Shown: one piece after another, positions 37,053-47,060 of the stretch
Position numbering within the stretch: position 1 is the stretch's first letter
Layout of the letters: every line of letters starts with the position of its first letter
From: Candidatus Omnitrophota bacterium
Lineage (GTDB): Bacteria > Omnitrophota > Gorgyraeia > Zapsychrales > Zapsychraceae
Assembly (NCBI GenBank): GCA_028280285.1
Contig: JANQMA010000032.1
Span: 17,091-81,090 of the forward strand
Length of the DNA stretch: 64,000 nucleotides
Direction: 5' to 3'
Notes under the pieces: generated by a model
The model's input: only the letters and a program-made list of their open reading frames with translations
Told to the model about the DNA's origin: nothing
Databases searched by the model: none
Translations under genes and position numbers: made by a program

Positions 37053-38321
37053 TTACCCACTAAAAAACCCCTCCGGCAATTTAACCATCCGTTTAGCAAA
37101 TTTATCCATAAATGACGGTGCCCGTTTACTTATTTTCCATTGCCCTGAAATACTACCAGCCTCATTTTGACCAGTTTGTTCGAATTTAAACACATTATGC
37201 AGCATCACTCTGTCACTCGTTTCATCATAAATAAGATCTGTTACGGCTGTCACACGCCGTTTACCATCCATAAAAAGTTCAACATGAACAATGAGATCCA
37301 TCGCCCGCGCCACTTGTTTGCGAATCTCAGCGGTCGATAAATTAATACCCGTCATAAGCATCATAGAAACCATGCGGTTAAAACAGTCAAGTGGACTTTC
37401 CGCATGGACAATCGCAAGTGAACCGCTATGCCCACTGCTGATTGATTGAATCAGATCAAGCATTTCATGCCCACGGACCTCACCGACAATAATGCGATCG
37501 GGACGCATACGCAAAGAGTTAACAAATAAATCGCGCATCGTAATCTCACCCTTACCTTCAATGTTCGCCGGTTTTGAGGCAAGCGAGACAACGTGCTCCT
37601 GCAGAAGATTAAGCTCCGGCGTATCTTCAATAGTGATGATACGTTCCTGCTCAGGGATATCCCGCGAAAAGACATTCATAATCGTTGTCTTCCCTGCCCC
37701 CGTCGAACCACAGTAAATCACATTAAGCTTGGCCTTCATCGCCGCTGATAAAAATGTTGCGATTTGTTTATCAAACATGCCGAGCGTTAAAAGATCATCG
37801 ACACTGCCAATATCATCTTTAAATTTACGAATGGTTACAACAGGCCCTACCACCGCACAGGGCGGCAAAATAATATTAACCCGTGAGCCATCAACAAGCG
37901 AAAAGTCCACATAAGGCTGCGATTCATCCACACGCTTGTTGGAACCGGATGATGCTAAAAGTTTTTGCACCGTATGCATCAGTTGCGCATTGCTTTCAAA
38001 CTGCACATCCGTGAGTGTAATACGCCCAGCACGTTGAATATAAATCTGATGGGCGCCGTTAATCATAATCTCTGTAATCGACTCATCTTCCATTAAAGGA
38101 CGCAAAGGCCCCAAACTCATCCCGGCACTGACAAGCTCGCGGACAATGGCCATGCGCTGATCATCGGTCAGTTCAATATCCTTAACCTTGCACATTGCAA
38201 GAATCTTTTCATTTAAGAAAAAGCGCAATTGATCCTCATTCATTTCGTCTTTTTCTTGGACGTAATTTGTTTCGCGGATCAAATACGCATTAAATTTTTG
38301 TTTAAACTCATGGTTGTCCAT
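37053..38321 (-). CDS. CpaF/TadA-family type II/IV secretion (Tad pilus-type) ATPase
   Basis: 422 aa; Walker A GSTGAGKTT, IITIEDTPEL Asp box, RPDRIIVGEVRG, SGHxGSLAxxHA His box. Confidence 0.8.
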   Translation of the reverse strand: MDNHEFKQKFNAYLIRETNYVQEKDEMNEDQLRFFLNEKILAMCKVKDIELTDDQRMAIVRELVSAGMSLGPLRPLMEDESITEIMINGAHQIYIQRAGRITLTDVQFESNAQLMHTVQKLLASSGSNKRVDESQPYVDFSLVDGSRVNIILPPCAVVGPVVTIRKFKDDIGSVDDLLTLGMFDKQIATFLSAAMKAKLNVIYCGSTGAGKTTIMNVFSRDIPEQERIITIEDTPELNLLQEHVVSLASKPANIEGKGEITMRDLFVNSLRMRPDRIIVGEVRGHEMLDLIQSISSGHSGSLAIVHAESPLDCFNRMVSMMLMTGINLSTAEIRKQVARAMDLIVHVELFMDGKRRVTAVTDLIYDETSDRVMLHNVFKFEQTGQNEAGSISGQWKISKRAPSFMDKFAKRMVKLPEGFFSG

Positions 38322-38351
38322 CTTTTTAATCCTCTGGATTAAATTTCGTCA

Positions 38352-39455
38352 TTAAGGAAACAGTGATCGAATCTTTTCAAAAACCCCAAAACGCGCAAAG
38401 TCATTATAAAAAACAAACAAGGCCAGCAAGATAATCAAACTAAAACCAAATCGCGCAATATACTCATCAATTTTAGGTGGCAGCGCACCGCCTCTAATCT
38501 TTTCAACAGCCATTAAAAACAAATGGCCGCCGTCAAGCGGTATGATCGGAAGTAAATTAAAAATCGCCAAACTCGCACTAATAACTCCTGTAATAAAAAG
38601 CAAGTGTGCCAGCCCTAATTCCGCCGCTGATTTAACAATATAAAAAATACCAACCGGGCCCGTTAAATTTTCCTTAGCCGGCATGCTGCCGGTTGCCATA
38701 TACCACAAGGATTTATACGTCATAGCCGTAATCTCATACAGCTTTTCCCAAGCCTTTACAACCGATTCACCAAAACCGTATTTTAAAGCAATAATATCCC
38801 GCGCCGGGCTTATACCGACCATTCGTCTTTCTTTAAGCTGTCCGAAAATATTTTTCATTTCACTGACCTTCGGTGTAATAACAATGGTTTGCTGTATGCC
38901 ATTGCGTTCAATAATAAGATCAATGGTTTCTCCCTTAGAATTAGCAATTGTTGTTTGAATATCCGTCCAACTTTCCGTAGGTATTCCATTAATCACTTTA
39001 ATGTCATCACCTATCTGAAGCCCCGCTTCAATTGCTGGATAATCGTTGACCAACTCTCCAACACGCGTCGATAAATCCGGATAACCGAGCATAAAAACAA
39101 AAACAAAACAGAGATAGGCAAAAACAAAATTGACGAGCGGCCCATTAAAAACAATAAACGCGCGTTTAGATAAAGATGTTGAATAATATTCACCAGGCGC
39201 TCCAGTGCACTTTTCTCTTTCTTCTCCAGCCATACGGACATAACCACCAAGCAAATAAGCCTTGATAAGATATGTTGTGCCATTGTAATGTTTCGACCAT
39301 AATGTCGGACCAAAACCAACAGCAAATTCTTTAACATCAACACCGTTCTTTTTAGCCGCAATAAAATGCCCCCACTCATGCACAACAACAAGAATGCTAA
39401 GTACAATAATAAAAACAATAATCCCCCACGTATTTGACAAAAGACCTTCTAGCAT
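38352..39455 (-). CDS. rseP: RIP metalloprotease RseP (site-2 protease)
   Basis: 367 aa; HEWGH zinc motif, PDZ domain, LDG motif. Confidence 0.85.
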   Translation of the reverse strand: MLEGLLSNTWGIIVFIIVLSILVVVHEWGHFIAAKKNGVDVKEFAVGFGPTLWSKHYNGTTYLIKAYLLGGYVRMAGEEREKCTGAPGEYYSTSLSKRAFIVFNGPLVNFVFAYLCFVFVFMLGYPDLSTRVGELVNDYPAIEAGLQIGDDIKVINGIPTESWTDIQTTIANSKGETIDLIIERNGIQQTIVITPKVSEMKNIFGQLKERRMVGISPARDIIALKYGFGESVVKAWEKLYEITAMTYKSLWYMATGSMPAKENLTGPVGIFYIVKSAAELGLAHLLFITGVISASLAIFNLLPIIPLDGGHLFLMAVEKIRGGALPPKIDEYIARFGFSLIILLALFVFYNDFARFGVFEKIRSLFP

Positions 39456-40610
39456 TTATCTATCCAAAACCTTTCTTGTTTCACTCCGCGCCCAATCATC
39501 GGCGGCGATAATTTGCTTGAGTGTTGGTTTTTTAATAATTTTGTGTTTACGCACAATTCTTTCCACAACATCATAAATCTTAGTAAACTTTAACTTACCG
39601 TTTAGATAAGCCTCAACAGCGACTTCATCCGCCGCATTCAAAACACTCGGCAGCGTCCCTCCCTTTCGGCCGACATACATACAGAGACCAAGCGACGGAA
39701 ACTTTTTCATATCCGGTTTTTCAAATGTCAACTTTGCCAGTTTGCAAAAATCAATCTGTTTAAGCCCCACATCCAGACGTTCGGGATATGTTAATGCATA
39801 TTGAATCGGAATACGCATATCCGTCACACCTAGTTGTGCCATAATCGATCCATCCTTGTATTCAATCATCGAATGAATAATCGACTGTGGATGAATCAAC
39901 ACTTCAATATCTTTTATATCCAAATTAAAAAGCGCCTGCGCCTCTAAAACCTCAAATCCCTTATTCATGAGCGTCGCCGAATCGATGGTAATTTTATCAC
40001 CCATCTTCCACGTCGGATGCTTAAGCATTTGCTTAACACTCAGCTTATTGAACTTTGCTTTAGGCACATCACGCAGCGTGCCGCCCGAGGCCGTTAAATA
40101 CACACGCTTTAAATCTTCCCGACGGTTACCCTCCAGGCATTGAAAGATTGCGCTCTGCTCACTGTCCACCGGAACAATCGTAGCCCCGTTTTGACGGGCC
40201 GCTTTCATGAGAATATCCCCGGCCACAACCAGGGCCTCTTTATTCGCCGGGGCAATGGTTTTGCCGGCGCGTGCCGCGGCCAAAAAGGGCTCAAGCGCCG
40301 CGCTGCCGCGCATCCCGATCACAACCACATCCACACCCCGTTGACTAACCATTCCCTCAAGATCACCATCGACATTGAGGATTCTGGTTTTGCGCGTATT
40401 AATTCTTTTCCTTAAGTACTGCGCTGCTCTTTCTGTCGCCGCAACGTATTTAGGATTGAACTCTTTAATTTGTTTTTCAAGGAGCGTGTGATTGTTATAC
40501 GCCGTTAATCCGTAAACATTGAACTTCTCTCTGTAGCGTTTAACAACCTTTAATGTATTTATCCCAATCGAACCTGTCGAGCCTAGAATAACAACATTTT
40601 TCCGTTTCAT
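39456..40610 (-). CDS. dxr: 1-deoxy-D-xylulose 5-phosphate reductoisomerase
   Basis: start taken at MKRKNVVILGSTGSIG (NADPH motif); DXR family. Confidence 0.9.
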   Translation of the reverse strand: MKRKNVVILGSTGSIGINTLKVVKRYREKFNVYGLTAYNNHTLLEKQIKEFNPKYVAATERAAQYLRKRINTRKTRILNVDGDLEGMVSQRGVDVVVIGMRGSAALEPFLAAARAGKTIAPANKEALVVAGDILMKAARQNGATIVPVDSEQSAIFQCLEGNRREDLKRVYLTASGGTLRDVPKAKFNKLSVKQMLKHPTWKMGDKITIDSATLMNKGFEVLEAQALFNLDIKDIEVLIHPQSIIHSMIEYKDGSIMAQLGVTDMRIPIQYALTYPERLDVGLKQIDFCKLAKLTFEKPDMKKFPSLGLCMYVGRKGGTLPSVLNAADEVAVEAYLNGKLKFTKIYDVVERIVRKHKIIKKPTLKQIIAADDWARSETRKVLDR

Positions 40611-40612
40611 AC

Positions 40613-41437
40613 TTATCCGGCCTGCAATAGCGCACTCATATAAAAATAAAAAGCCGGCGCGCAAAAAAGTAAACTGTCAATGGTATCTAATATCCCGCCA
40701 AACGCTGGAATCACATTGCCTGAATCCTTAACATTACAATCCCTTTTAATCAGTGATTCCGCCAAATCTCCCATTTGCCCGAGTGTGCCGAAAAACACGC
40801 CGAGAAAAATGATATGCCACGTCGGAAAATCAAGATAATTCGGCAAAAACGGACTGCATACAAGTGCCGCCAATAAACTGAACAAAATACCACCCAAATA
40901 CCCTTCAATGGTTTTCTTGGGACTGACCCGTGGCATGAGCGGTGTTTTTCCAAAACGTGATCCCACAATCAGCGCCCCGATATCGGCAATCTTTGTCACA
41001 ATGAGTATAAACGCGAGAAGTTTAACACCCTGCACGCCAGGCAGCATCATGCGAATCTTAATCAGATAACTGAAAAACCAGGACACATACAAAATACCGA
41101 ATAAAGTCGCCGAAATACCAATAATCGCATCGGTCGTATGATTTTTGGCAAACTGGAGTAAAAACGTGATCAAAAAAACAATGAGAATAAAAAACGAATC
41201 CCAGCGTCCGCCCAATTGCCATTCAAAAAAGATCGACAGCGGAATAGCTGCCCCAACAAGCAACCCAGTATTGCGAAAAACATGAATATCTTTAAGTTTA
41301 ATAATCGAGTAGAATTCAAATAAAGCAGTCGTCGATAAACCCAGGACAACAATGATAAAAAACCATTTATTAACAACCGCAAGGATCGTTAGCCCAATGA
41401 TGAGTGTCGCGCTGAAAAACCGCTCCTTACTAACCAA
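40613..41437 (-). CDS. cdsA: phosphatidate cytidylyltransferase
   Basis: 274 aa polytopic membrane protein; C-terminal CdsA signature region. Confidence 0.8.
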   Translation of the reverse strand: MVSKERFFSATLIIGLTILAVVNKWFFIIVVLGLSTTALFEFYSIIKLKDIHVFRNTGLLVGAAIPLSIFFEWQLGGRWDSFFILIVFLITFLLQFAKNHTTDAIIGISATLFGILYVSWFFSYLIKIRMMLPGVQGVKLLAFILIVTKIADIGALIVGSRFGKTPLMPRVSPKKTIEGYLGGILFSLLAALVCSPFLPNYLDFPTWHIIFLGVFFGTLGQMGDLAESLIKRDCNVKDSGNVIPAFGGILDTIDSLLFCAPAFYFYMSALLQAG

Positions 41438-41438
41438 A

Positions 41439-42170
41439 CTACTTTACCTCATGTTTAACACCGCCGAACCGGCGCTCTCTATTTTGAAAATCAATAATCG
41501 CTTTATGAAATTCTTTTGTATCAAATTCCGGCCAAAATTTATCCGAAAAATAAAGCTCAGCATAAGACAATTGCCACAGTAAAAAATTACTAATACGAAT
41601 CTCTCCTGATGTGCGAATCAGAAGATCCGGATCCGGCAGACCCTTTGTATAAAGGGCATTGCTTACCATCTCTTCATTGATCTGATCAACCGTAATGTCC
41701 TTATCCTCTACTCTTTGTGCAATATCACGTACGGCATCAACAATCTCCATTCTTGAACCGTAATTAAAAGCAAGGTTAAGAATAAGGCCATCATTATCTT
41801 TTGTTGTTTCAATCGCATTTTTCATCGTGCTCAATACAGGCTCCGGCACCCGGGCCCATTTGCCGATGATTTGAAAACGTATATTATCTTCACAAAGCTT
41901 TTTTAACTTCTGCACCAGAACCGCATCGAGAATGTTCATAATGAGCGAGACTTCCGTGCGTGGCCTTTTCCAGTTTTCGGTTGAGAACGTGTAAAGCGTA
42001 AGCACCTTAACACCCAGTTGACGTGCCTCATCGAGGAGCTCTTCAACCCGCTTAACCCCTTCAACATGACCCTTAGCCCGTGCTAAATTCTGACTTTCGG
42101 CCCAACGTCCGTTTCCATCCAAGATGATGGCTATATGCTGAGGGACATGATCAGGATCTATTTTGTTCAT
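41439..42170 (-). CDS. uppS: undecaprenyl-diphosphate synthase (cis-isoprenyl transferase)
   Basis: ILDGNGRWA motif; start taken at MNKIDPDH (the longer ORF N-terminus MTNDAFIE is encoded by repeat element C). Confidence 0.85.
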   Translation of the reverse strand: MNKIDPDHVPQHIAIILDGNGRWAESQNLARAKGHVEGVKRVEELLDEARQLGVKVLTLYTFSTENWKRPRTEVSLIMNILDAVLVQKLKKLCEDNIRFQIIGKWARVPEPVLSTMKNAIETTKDNDGLILNLAFNYGSRMEIVDAVRDIAQRVEDKDITVDQINEEMVSNALYTKGLPDPDLLIRTSGEIRISNFLLWQLSYAELYFSDKFWPEFDTKEFHKAIIDFQNRERRFGGVKHEVK

Positions 42171-42178
42171 TTCAATGA

Positions 42179-42240
42179 AAGCGTCGTTGGTCATTAGTCT
42201 TTAGTCATTCGTCCTCCAATGACTAATGACCAACGACTAA
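42179..42240. repeat. family-2 palindromic element (17-bp perfect outer stem GTCGTTGGTCATTAGTC/GACTAATGACCAACGAC) immediately upstream of uppS
   Basis: 96% identical over 54 nt to 13578-13633. Confidence 0.8.
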
Positions 42241-42282
42241 CGGCCAGCTGCTATATAATTTTACTTTTCAGATCGCTATTAA

Positions 42283-42311
42283 TGAAAATGGGGGATCATT
42301 CAGTCCCCCAT
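42283..42311 (-). terminator. intrinsic terminator after coiled-coil protein gene (AUGGGGGA-loop-UCCCCCAU then UUUUCAUU)
   Basis: rc of 42283-42311; 8-bp stem. Confidence 0.6.
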
Positions 42312-42344
42312 TCGTAAAAGCTCATCGTAGCCTTAAGTTGCCGT

Positions 42345-42731
42345 TTACTCTAACCCAGGTATCGTAGCTGTTTTATTCGCTAAATCAGGCGTATCACCCA
42401 GACGCCCCTGAAGCTCGGTTACTTGCTGTTCTAAAGCGGCCTTTAACTGCTCAAATTGGCTTACCTTACCTTCCAACTCAGATGCTTTTGAGTCAGCCAA
42501 TGTTAAACGGGCCTCTAAATTTTTCAGCTTAGTATGAGACTTATCTAATTGCAATGTCAGCGATGATACTTGACTTTGCGCTTTTTCCAAACCCTCTTCG
42601 GCCACCATACGTTGATATCTTTCTTGCGATAGCTCATTCTGTGCTTGCGCTGCTTGCCTGTGCGAATTATAAACAACACCTGCCCCAAAAGCCAGTGCTG
42701 TGATGATAAGAAATGTAAGAAGAACCCTCAT
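42345..42731 (-). CDS. secreted coiled-coil protein (signal peptide plus heptad-repeat helix)
   Basis: 128 aa; N-terminal hydrophobic segment, Q/E/L-rich coiled coil. Confidence 0.45.
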   Translation of the reverse strand: MRVLLTFLIITALAFGAGVVYNSHRQAAQAQNELSQERYQRMVAEEGLEKAQSQVSSLTLQLDKSHTKLKNLEARLTLADSKASELEGKVSQFEQLKAALEQQVTELQGRLGDTPDLANKTATIPGLE

Positions 42732-42749
42732 TGTTTTTCCTTTCTGAAA

Positions 42750-43361
42750 TTATCTTTCTTTCTGTAAATCTTCCGGTAAAATAACAATTTCTACACGACG
42801 ATTTTTCTGTCTACCTTCTTTTGTATTGTTTTTCGCGATCGGATAAAATTCACCATAAGCAACAGCGGATAGGCGCGTCGGTTTGATTTTACGTTCATCC
42901 ACCAAGAAATGCAGCACACTCAGTGCCCGCGCCGATGAGAGCTCCCAATTGGATTTCCATCCGGAATGTTTAATCGGCACATTGTCCGTATGCCCTTCAA
43001 TCCCAACATCCAGATCCTTAACCGTTGTACTTAAAACACGCGCTACTTTACTAAGCTTATCAATCGAGTCTTCGCGTAACTCGGCTTTACCTGAATCAAA
43101 AAGGACCTCGCCGACAAAGGTGATGACAAGCCCCTTTTCAAGCATTTCAACCTTTACTTCTTTGTCATTAATCTCATTTTTAAGCCGGTTCTCTAAATCC
43201 TGCTTGGCCCGCTCCAAATCTGTCAATTCACTCTTTAATTTCGAAATTTTTTCCACATCAACGCGGCGGCCCTTCTGAAAAATAAATGTACAGCCTGTCA
43301 TGGAAAAAACAACCGTTAAAATAGCAATATATGTAAGAGTTTGTCTTAAACACTTAAGCAT
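42750..43361 (-). CDS. OmpA/MotB-family peptidoglycan-binding protein with coiled-coil linker
   Basis: 203 aa; N-terminal TM/lipobox-like CT, C-terminal OmpA_C motif (GHTDNVP...SxxRA). Confidence 0.7.
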   Translation of the reverse strand: MLKCLRQTLTYIAILTVVFSMTGCTFIFQKGRRVDVEKISKLKSELTDLERAKQDLENRLKNEINDKEVKVEMLEKGLVITFVGEVLFDSGKAELREDSIDKLSKVARVLSTTVKDLDVGIEGHTDNVPIKHSGWKSNWELSSARALSVLHFLVDERKIKPTRLSAVAYGEFYPIAKNNTKEGRQKNRRVEIVILPEDLQKER

Positions 43362-43483
43362 TGAAGCCTCCTTATTAAATCCTCTAAAAACAGGTTAATT
43401 GGCAGTGTACAGATTAACATAGCCGATTTTTAAAGTCAAGATTAATATAGCGACAACTTGATGCCCTACAACAAGATACGTTT

Positions 43484-44755
43484 CTAACGCATAATTATTT
43501 CACTGCGTTTGGTCCCGACCGAAATATACTTAACCCGAACCCCCAGAAGCTCTTCTAGGCGCTTGATATAGTTGCGGGCATTAACCGGCAATTGGGTAAA
43601 TTTGCGGGCCTTGGTGGTCGGCTTATCCCAGCCAGGCAGCGTCTCATAGACAGGTTTACTTTTGACCAACTTTTCATAATCTGTTGGAAAATCACGGTAT
43701 ATTTTTCCTTTATACTTATAGCCCGTGCAGATTTTGATTTTATCAAGCCCATCCAAAACATCGAGCTTCATAATCGCCAGCTCACCGATGCCATTCACAA
43801 TAACAGAATACTTGACCAAAACCGCATCAAACCAGCCGCAGCGCCGCGGCCGGCCTGTCGTGGCCCCATATTCATTCCCTTTTTTGCGGATAAAATCATT
43901 TTGTTTGGATGTAAATTCTGTTGGAAAAGGCCCTTCACCGACCCTTGTTGTATAGGCCTTAACACAGGCAATAGACTTATCAATCTTGGTTGGGGCAACA
44001 CCACTTCCCGAACAAACCCCTCCCACAATTGAATTAGAAGAAGTCACAAACGGATAGGTGCCGAAATCTATATCAAGAAAAGTCCCCTGTGCCCCTTCAA
44101 ACAAAACCTTTTTCTTCTTATCGATTTCCTTATTAATATAAAGCACTGTATCTTCGACATACGGTTTTAACTTTTTCCCGTAGGCTAAATACTCTTTGTA
44201 GATTTTCTCAAGCTTATAATTTTTCTGTCCGAATACCTTACGGAAAGTTTCATTCTTTTCTCTTAAATTATCGGCAAGCTTGGCGCGAAAGACACGTGGA
44301 TTAAGAAGATCAACCATACGGATACCGCAGCGTGTCACTTTATCCGCATAACATGGACCGATACCACGCCCTGTAGTTCCGATTTTATTTTTTCGTTTTT
44401 GTTCACGCAAGCCATCAAGCACGCGATGATACGGCATAACAATATGGCAACGATCGGAAATCTTCAGTTTTTTGGGACTTACTTTAAGACCTTTGGCAGC
44501 CAATTCATCGATCTCGGCCAGCAAGGCCTTCGGGTCAACCACAACCCCATTACCGATGACACAGCTTTTCCCCTTATGGAGTATCGCCGACGGCAAAAGA
44601 TGAAAGACATACTCTTTATCTTCTACCACAACCGTATGCCCTGCATTATTTCCTCCTTGATAGCGGACGGTCACATCGCATTTCTCAGATAAGATGTCGA
44701 TTAACTTTCCCTTACCTTCATCACCCCATTGGGCCCCAACAACAACTGTATTCAT
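43484..44755 (-). CDS. purA: adenylosuccinate synthetase
   Basis: 423 aa; GAQWGDEGKGK P-loop, GIGP motif. Confidence 0.9.
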   Translation of the reverse strand: MNTVVVGAQWGDEGKGKLIDILSEKCDVTVRYQGGNNAGHTVVVEDKEYVFHLLPSAILHKGKSCVIGNGVVVDPKALLAEIDELAAKGLKVSPKKLKISDRCHIVMPYHRVLDGLREQKRKNKIGTTGRGIGPCYADKVTRCGIRMVDLLNPRVFRAKLADNLREKNETFRKVFGQKNYKLEKIYKEYLAYGKKLKPYVEDTVLYINKEIDKKKKVLFEGAQGTFLDIDFGTYPFVTSSNSIVGGVCSGSGVAPTKIDKSIACVKAYTTRVGEGPFPTEFTSKQNDFIRKKGNEYGATTGRPRRCGWFDAVLVKYSVIVNGIGELAIMKLDVLDGLDKIKICTGYKYKGKIYRDFPTDYEKLVKSKPVYETLPGWDKPTTKARKFTQLPVNARNYIKRLEELLGVRVKYISVGTKRSEIIMR

Positions 44756-44775
44756 GTCTTTCCCTTTTCTCTATT

Positions 44776-45456
44776 TTAACGAACGTATAAGAAACTTAAG
44801 CCCGCCGCCAAATATACAGCCGCAAGCACAACAACAAACATCCTTTGATAACTGACATTAAATTCACTCTGACTACTGCGTATCATCCGCATAACTTGAT
44901 CGACAATAATAAGAGGAAACAACAACACAAAAATATAGACGCCTAGAACGCTATAATAAGAAGCCCTGTCACGTGCAACAACAGCATCAATTAAAAACTG
45001 AAAAACAATCCTGTCATCAACCCAATCGACCGCAAGAAACGTTACTATAATAGCGGCCGCCACAGAAATCAACACAACAAACAAACATCTCTTTATGCCT
45101 TTTGTTTGCGGGGTTAAATATCTTAAATGAATGACAGAAATATCTTTACCCTGACACAACTTAAACCATTGAATAAAAAAGAACACTCCGCTGGCTATAA
45201 AAATGCCCGCCACAATCAAATAGCCGATATCCACAAAACCGATATCGACTAATACATAACGTACATACGCAAATAAATTCTGAAAAATCGAACAATATAA
45301 TAAGGCTACCAGAAAAATAAAAACCCTGCCGATAAGCCGGTGACTTTTTTTGTCCTGACCAAAGAATAAGAGCAACCCAAGTAATGTCAGCGCCACAATC
45401 ACACTACCGGGACTTAACAAATTGGTAAACCCGATAAGGAAAGTTTCCGTTAACAT
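44776..45456 (-). CDS. hypothetical polytopic membrane protein
   Basis: 226 aa hydrophobic ORF, no family recognised. Confidence 0.4.
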   Translation of the reverse strand: MLTETFLIGFTNLLSPGSVIVALTLLGLLLFFGQDKKSHRLIGRVFIFLVALLYCSIFQNLFAYVRYVLVDIGFVDIGYLIVAGIFIASGVFFFIQWFKLCQGKDISVIHLRYLTPQTKGIKRCLFVVLISVAAAIIVTFLAVDWVDDRIVFQFLIDAVVARDRASYYSVLGVYIFVLLFPLIIVDQVMRMIRSSQSEFNVSYQRMFVVVLAAVYLAAGLSFLYVR

Positions 45457-45464
45457 AGGATCAA

Positions 45465-47048
45465 TTAAACTTTGAGTTCCTTGATATAAGTCACGCCTTC
45501 AATATTACGCAGTTTTTCAACCACCTCTTGCGGAACTTCTCCGTCGGTATTAACCACACTACTCGCAATACCATCTTGCGCTTCGCGCCCAAGAGAGATC
45601 GCGGCAATATTAACATTGGCTTCAGCCAAAGCCGTGCCGATCGCTCCGACAAGACCCGGCTTATCCGTATTGTTGATAAAGAGCATATCACCCTCTGGCG
45701 TGCACTCGACATTAACATTTTTAACACGCACAATACGCGGCTCTTGATTAGCCGAAAGCGTTCCGAGAATACAAAACGGCTCTTTGTCTGTCAGAATGTC
45801 CATTTCAATGCTATTGACATAGGCAGATTCTTTATTGGAATTGATCTCCTCGACATTAATGCCGCGCTCTTTGGCCACACTAATGGCATTAATAGAATTA
45901 ATATCCTTACCCAAAATAGGCGTTAAGAGCCCGTTAATGGCTGATAAAGAAACCGATGCCGATTTATATTGTGTGACAACACCTGTATAGGTAAGTTTTA
46001 CATCTTTAATCCCTGATTGAATGAGCTGTCCGGCAAACTTACCCATTTTAAAGGCAAGGTCACAATAAGGCTGCAAGACCTTGTGTGTTTCGGCATCCAT
46101 CGACGGGAAATTAGCGGCATTGGCAATGCCGCGACCAAGTAGGGCATCGCGCACACATTCAGCAATTTCAATGGCCACATTAATCTGCGCCTCAGAGGTA
46201 GACGCGCCCAAATGCGGCGTTGTAATACAATTGTCTAATTTAAATAATGGATGATCAAAATCCGGTGGTTCTGTGGCATAGACATCAAGCGCGCATCCGG
46301 CAATTTTATTTTCCTCAAGCGCACGGACCAAAGCCTCTTCATCAATAATACCTCCACGCGCACAATTGATTAATCGCGCTGTTGGTTTCATTAAATCAAA
46401 TTCTTTATCGGAAATAAGATTGGCTGTCTCTTTTGTTTTAGGGATATGGAGTGTGATGTAATCAGCCTTTTTTAATAGATCCTCTAGTTCTACTTTTTCC
46501 ACAGCAAATTTGGCCGCCCTTTCATCCGTCAAGAATGGATCAAAAACACATATTTCCATGCCAAAGGCCTTGGCAAACTTAGCCACCGTTGAGCCAATAC
46601 GCCCAAAACCGATAACACCAAGTGTCTTGCCACGCAACTCAACACCGCCAAACTTTGAACGCTCCCACTTGCCTGATTTTAAAGAAGCACATGCCTGTGG
46701 TGTGTTGCGTGATAAAGAAAGGATTAAACTGAATGTCTGCTCAGCCGTTGATGTTGTGTTGCCGGCCGGCGTGTTCATGGCCACAACACCCTTTTTGGTG
46801 GCTGTCTCAAGATCAACATTATCCAGACCGACACCGGCACGCCCAATAACTTTTAAGTTTGCCGCATTATCAAGCACCTCGGCTGTCACGGTTGTTCCAC
46901 TGCGGATAATGAGACCGTCGTAATCCTTAATAACTTGTTTTAATTCTTCGGGGCTGATACCAAATTTGCAGTCAACCTGAAAACCGTCAACCGCCTCGAG
47001 TATGGCAACACCTTCGCGAGCTAATTTATCACTGATGAGAATTTTCAT
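45465..47048 (-). CDS. serA: D-3-phosphoglycerate dehydrogenase (with ASB and ACT domains)
   Basis: 527 aa; 2-hydroxyacid DH NAD motif GxGxxG, catalytic His/Glu/Arg, C-terminal ACT. Confidence 0.9.
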   Translation of the reverse strand: MKILISDKLAREGVAILEAVDGFQVDCKFGISPEELKQVIKDYDGLIIRSGTTVTAEVLDNAANLKVIGRAGVGLDNVDLETATKKGVVAMNTPAGNTTSTAEQTFSLILSLSRNTPQACASLKSGKWERSKFGGVELRGKTLGVIGFGRIGSTVAKFAKAFGMEICVFDPFLTDERAAKFAVEKVELEDLLKKADYITLHIPKTKETANLISDKEFDLMKPTARLINCARGGIIDEEALVRALEENKIAGCALDVYATEPPDFDHPLFKLDNCITTPHLGASTSEAQINVAIEIAECVRDALLGRGIANAANFPSMDAETHKVLQPYCDLAFKMGKFAGQLIQSGIKDVKLTYTGVVTQYKSASVSLSAINGLLTPILGKDINSINAISVAKERGINVEEINSNKESAYVNSIEMDILTDKEPFCILGTLSANQEPRIVRVKNVNVECTPEGDMLFINNTDKPGLVGAIGTALAEANVNIAAISLGREAQDGIASSVVNTDGEVPQEVVEKLRNIEGVTYIKELKV

Positions 47049-47060
47049 TTTATCGTCTTT

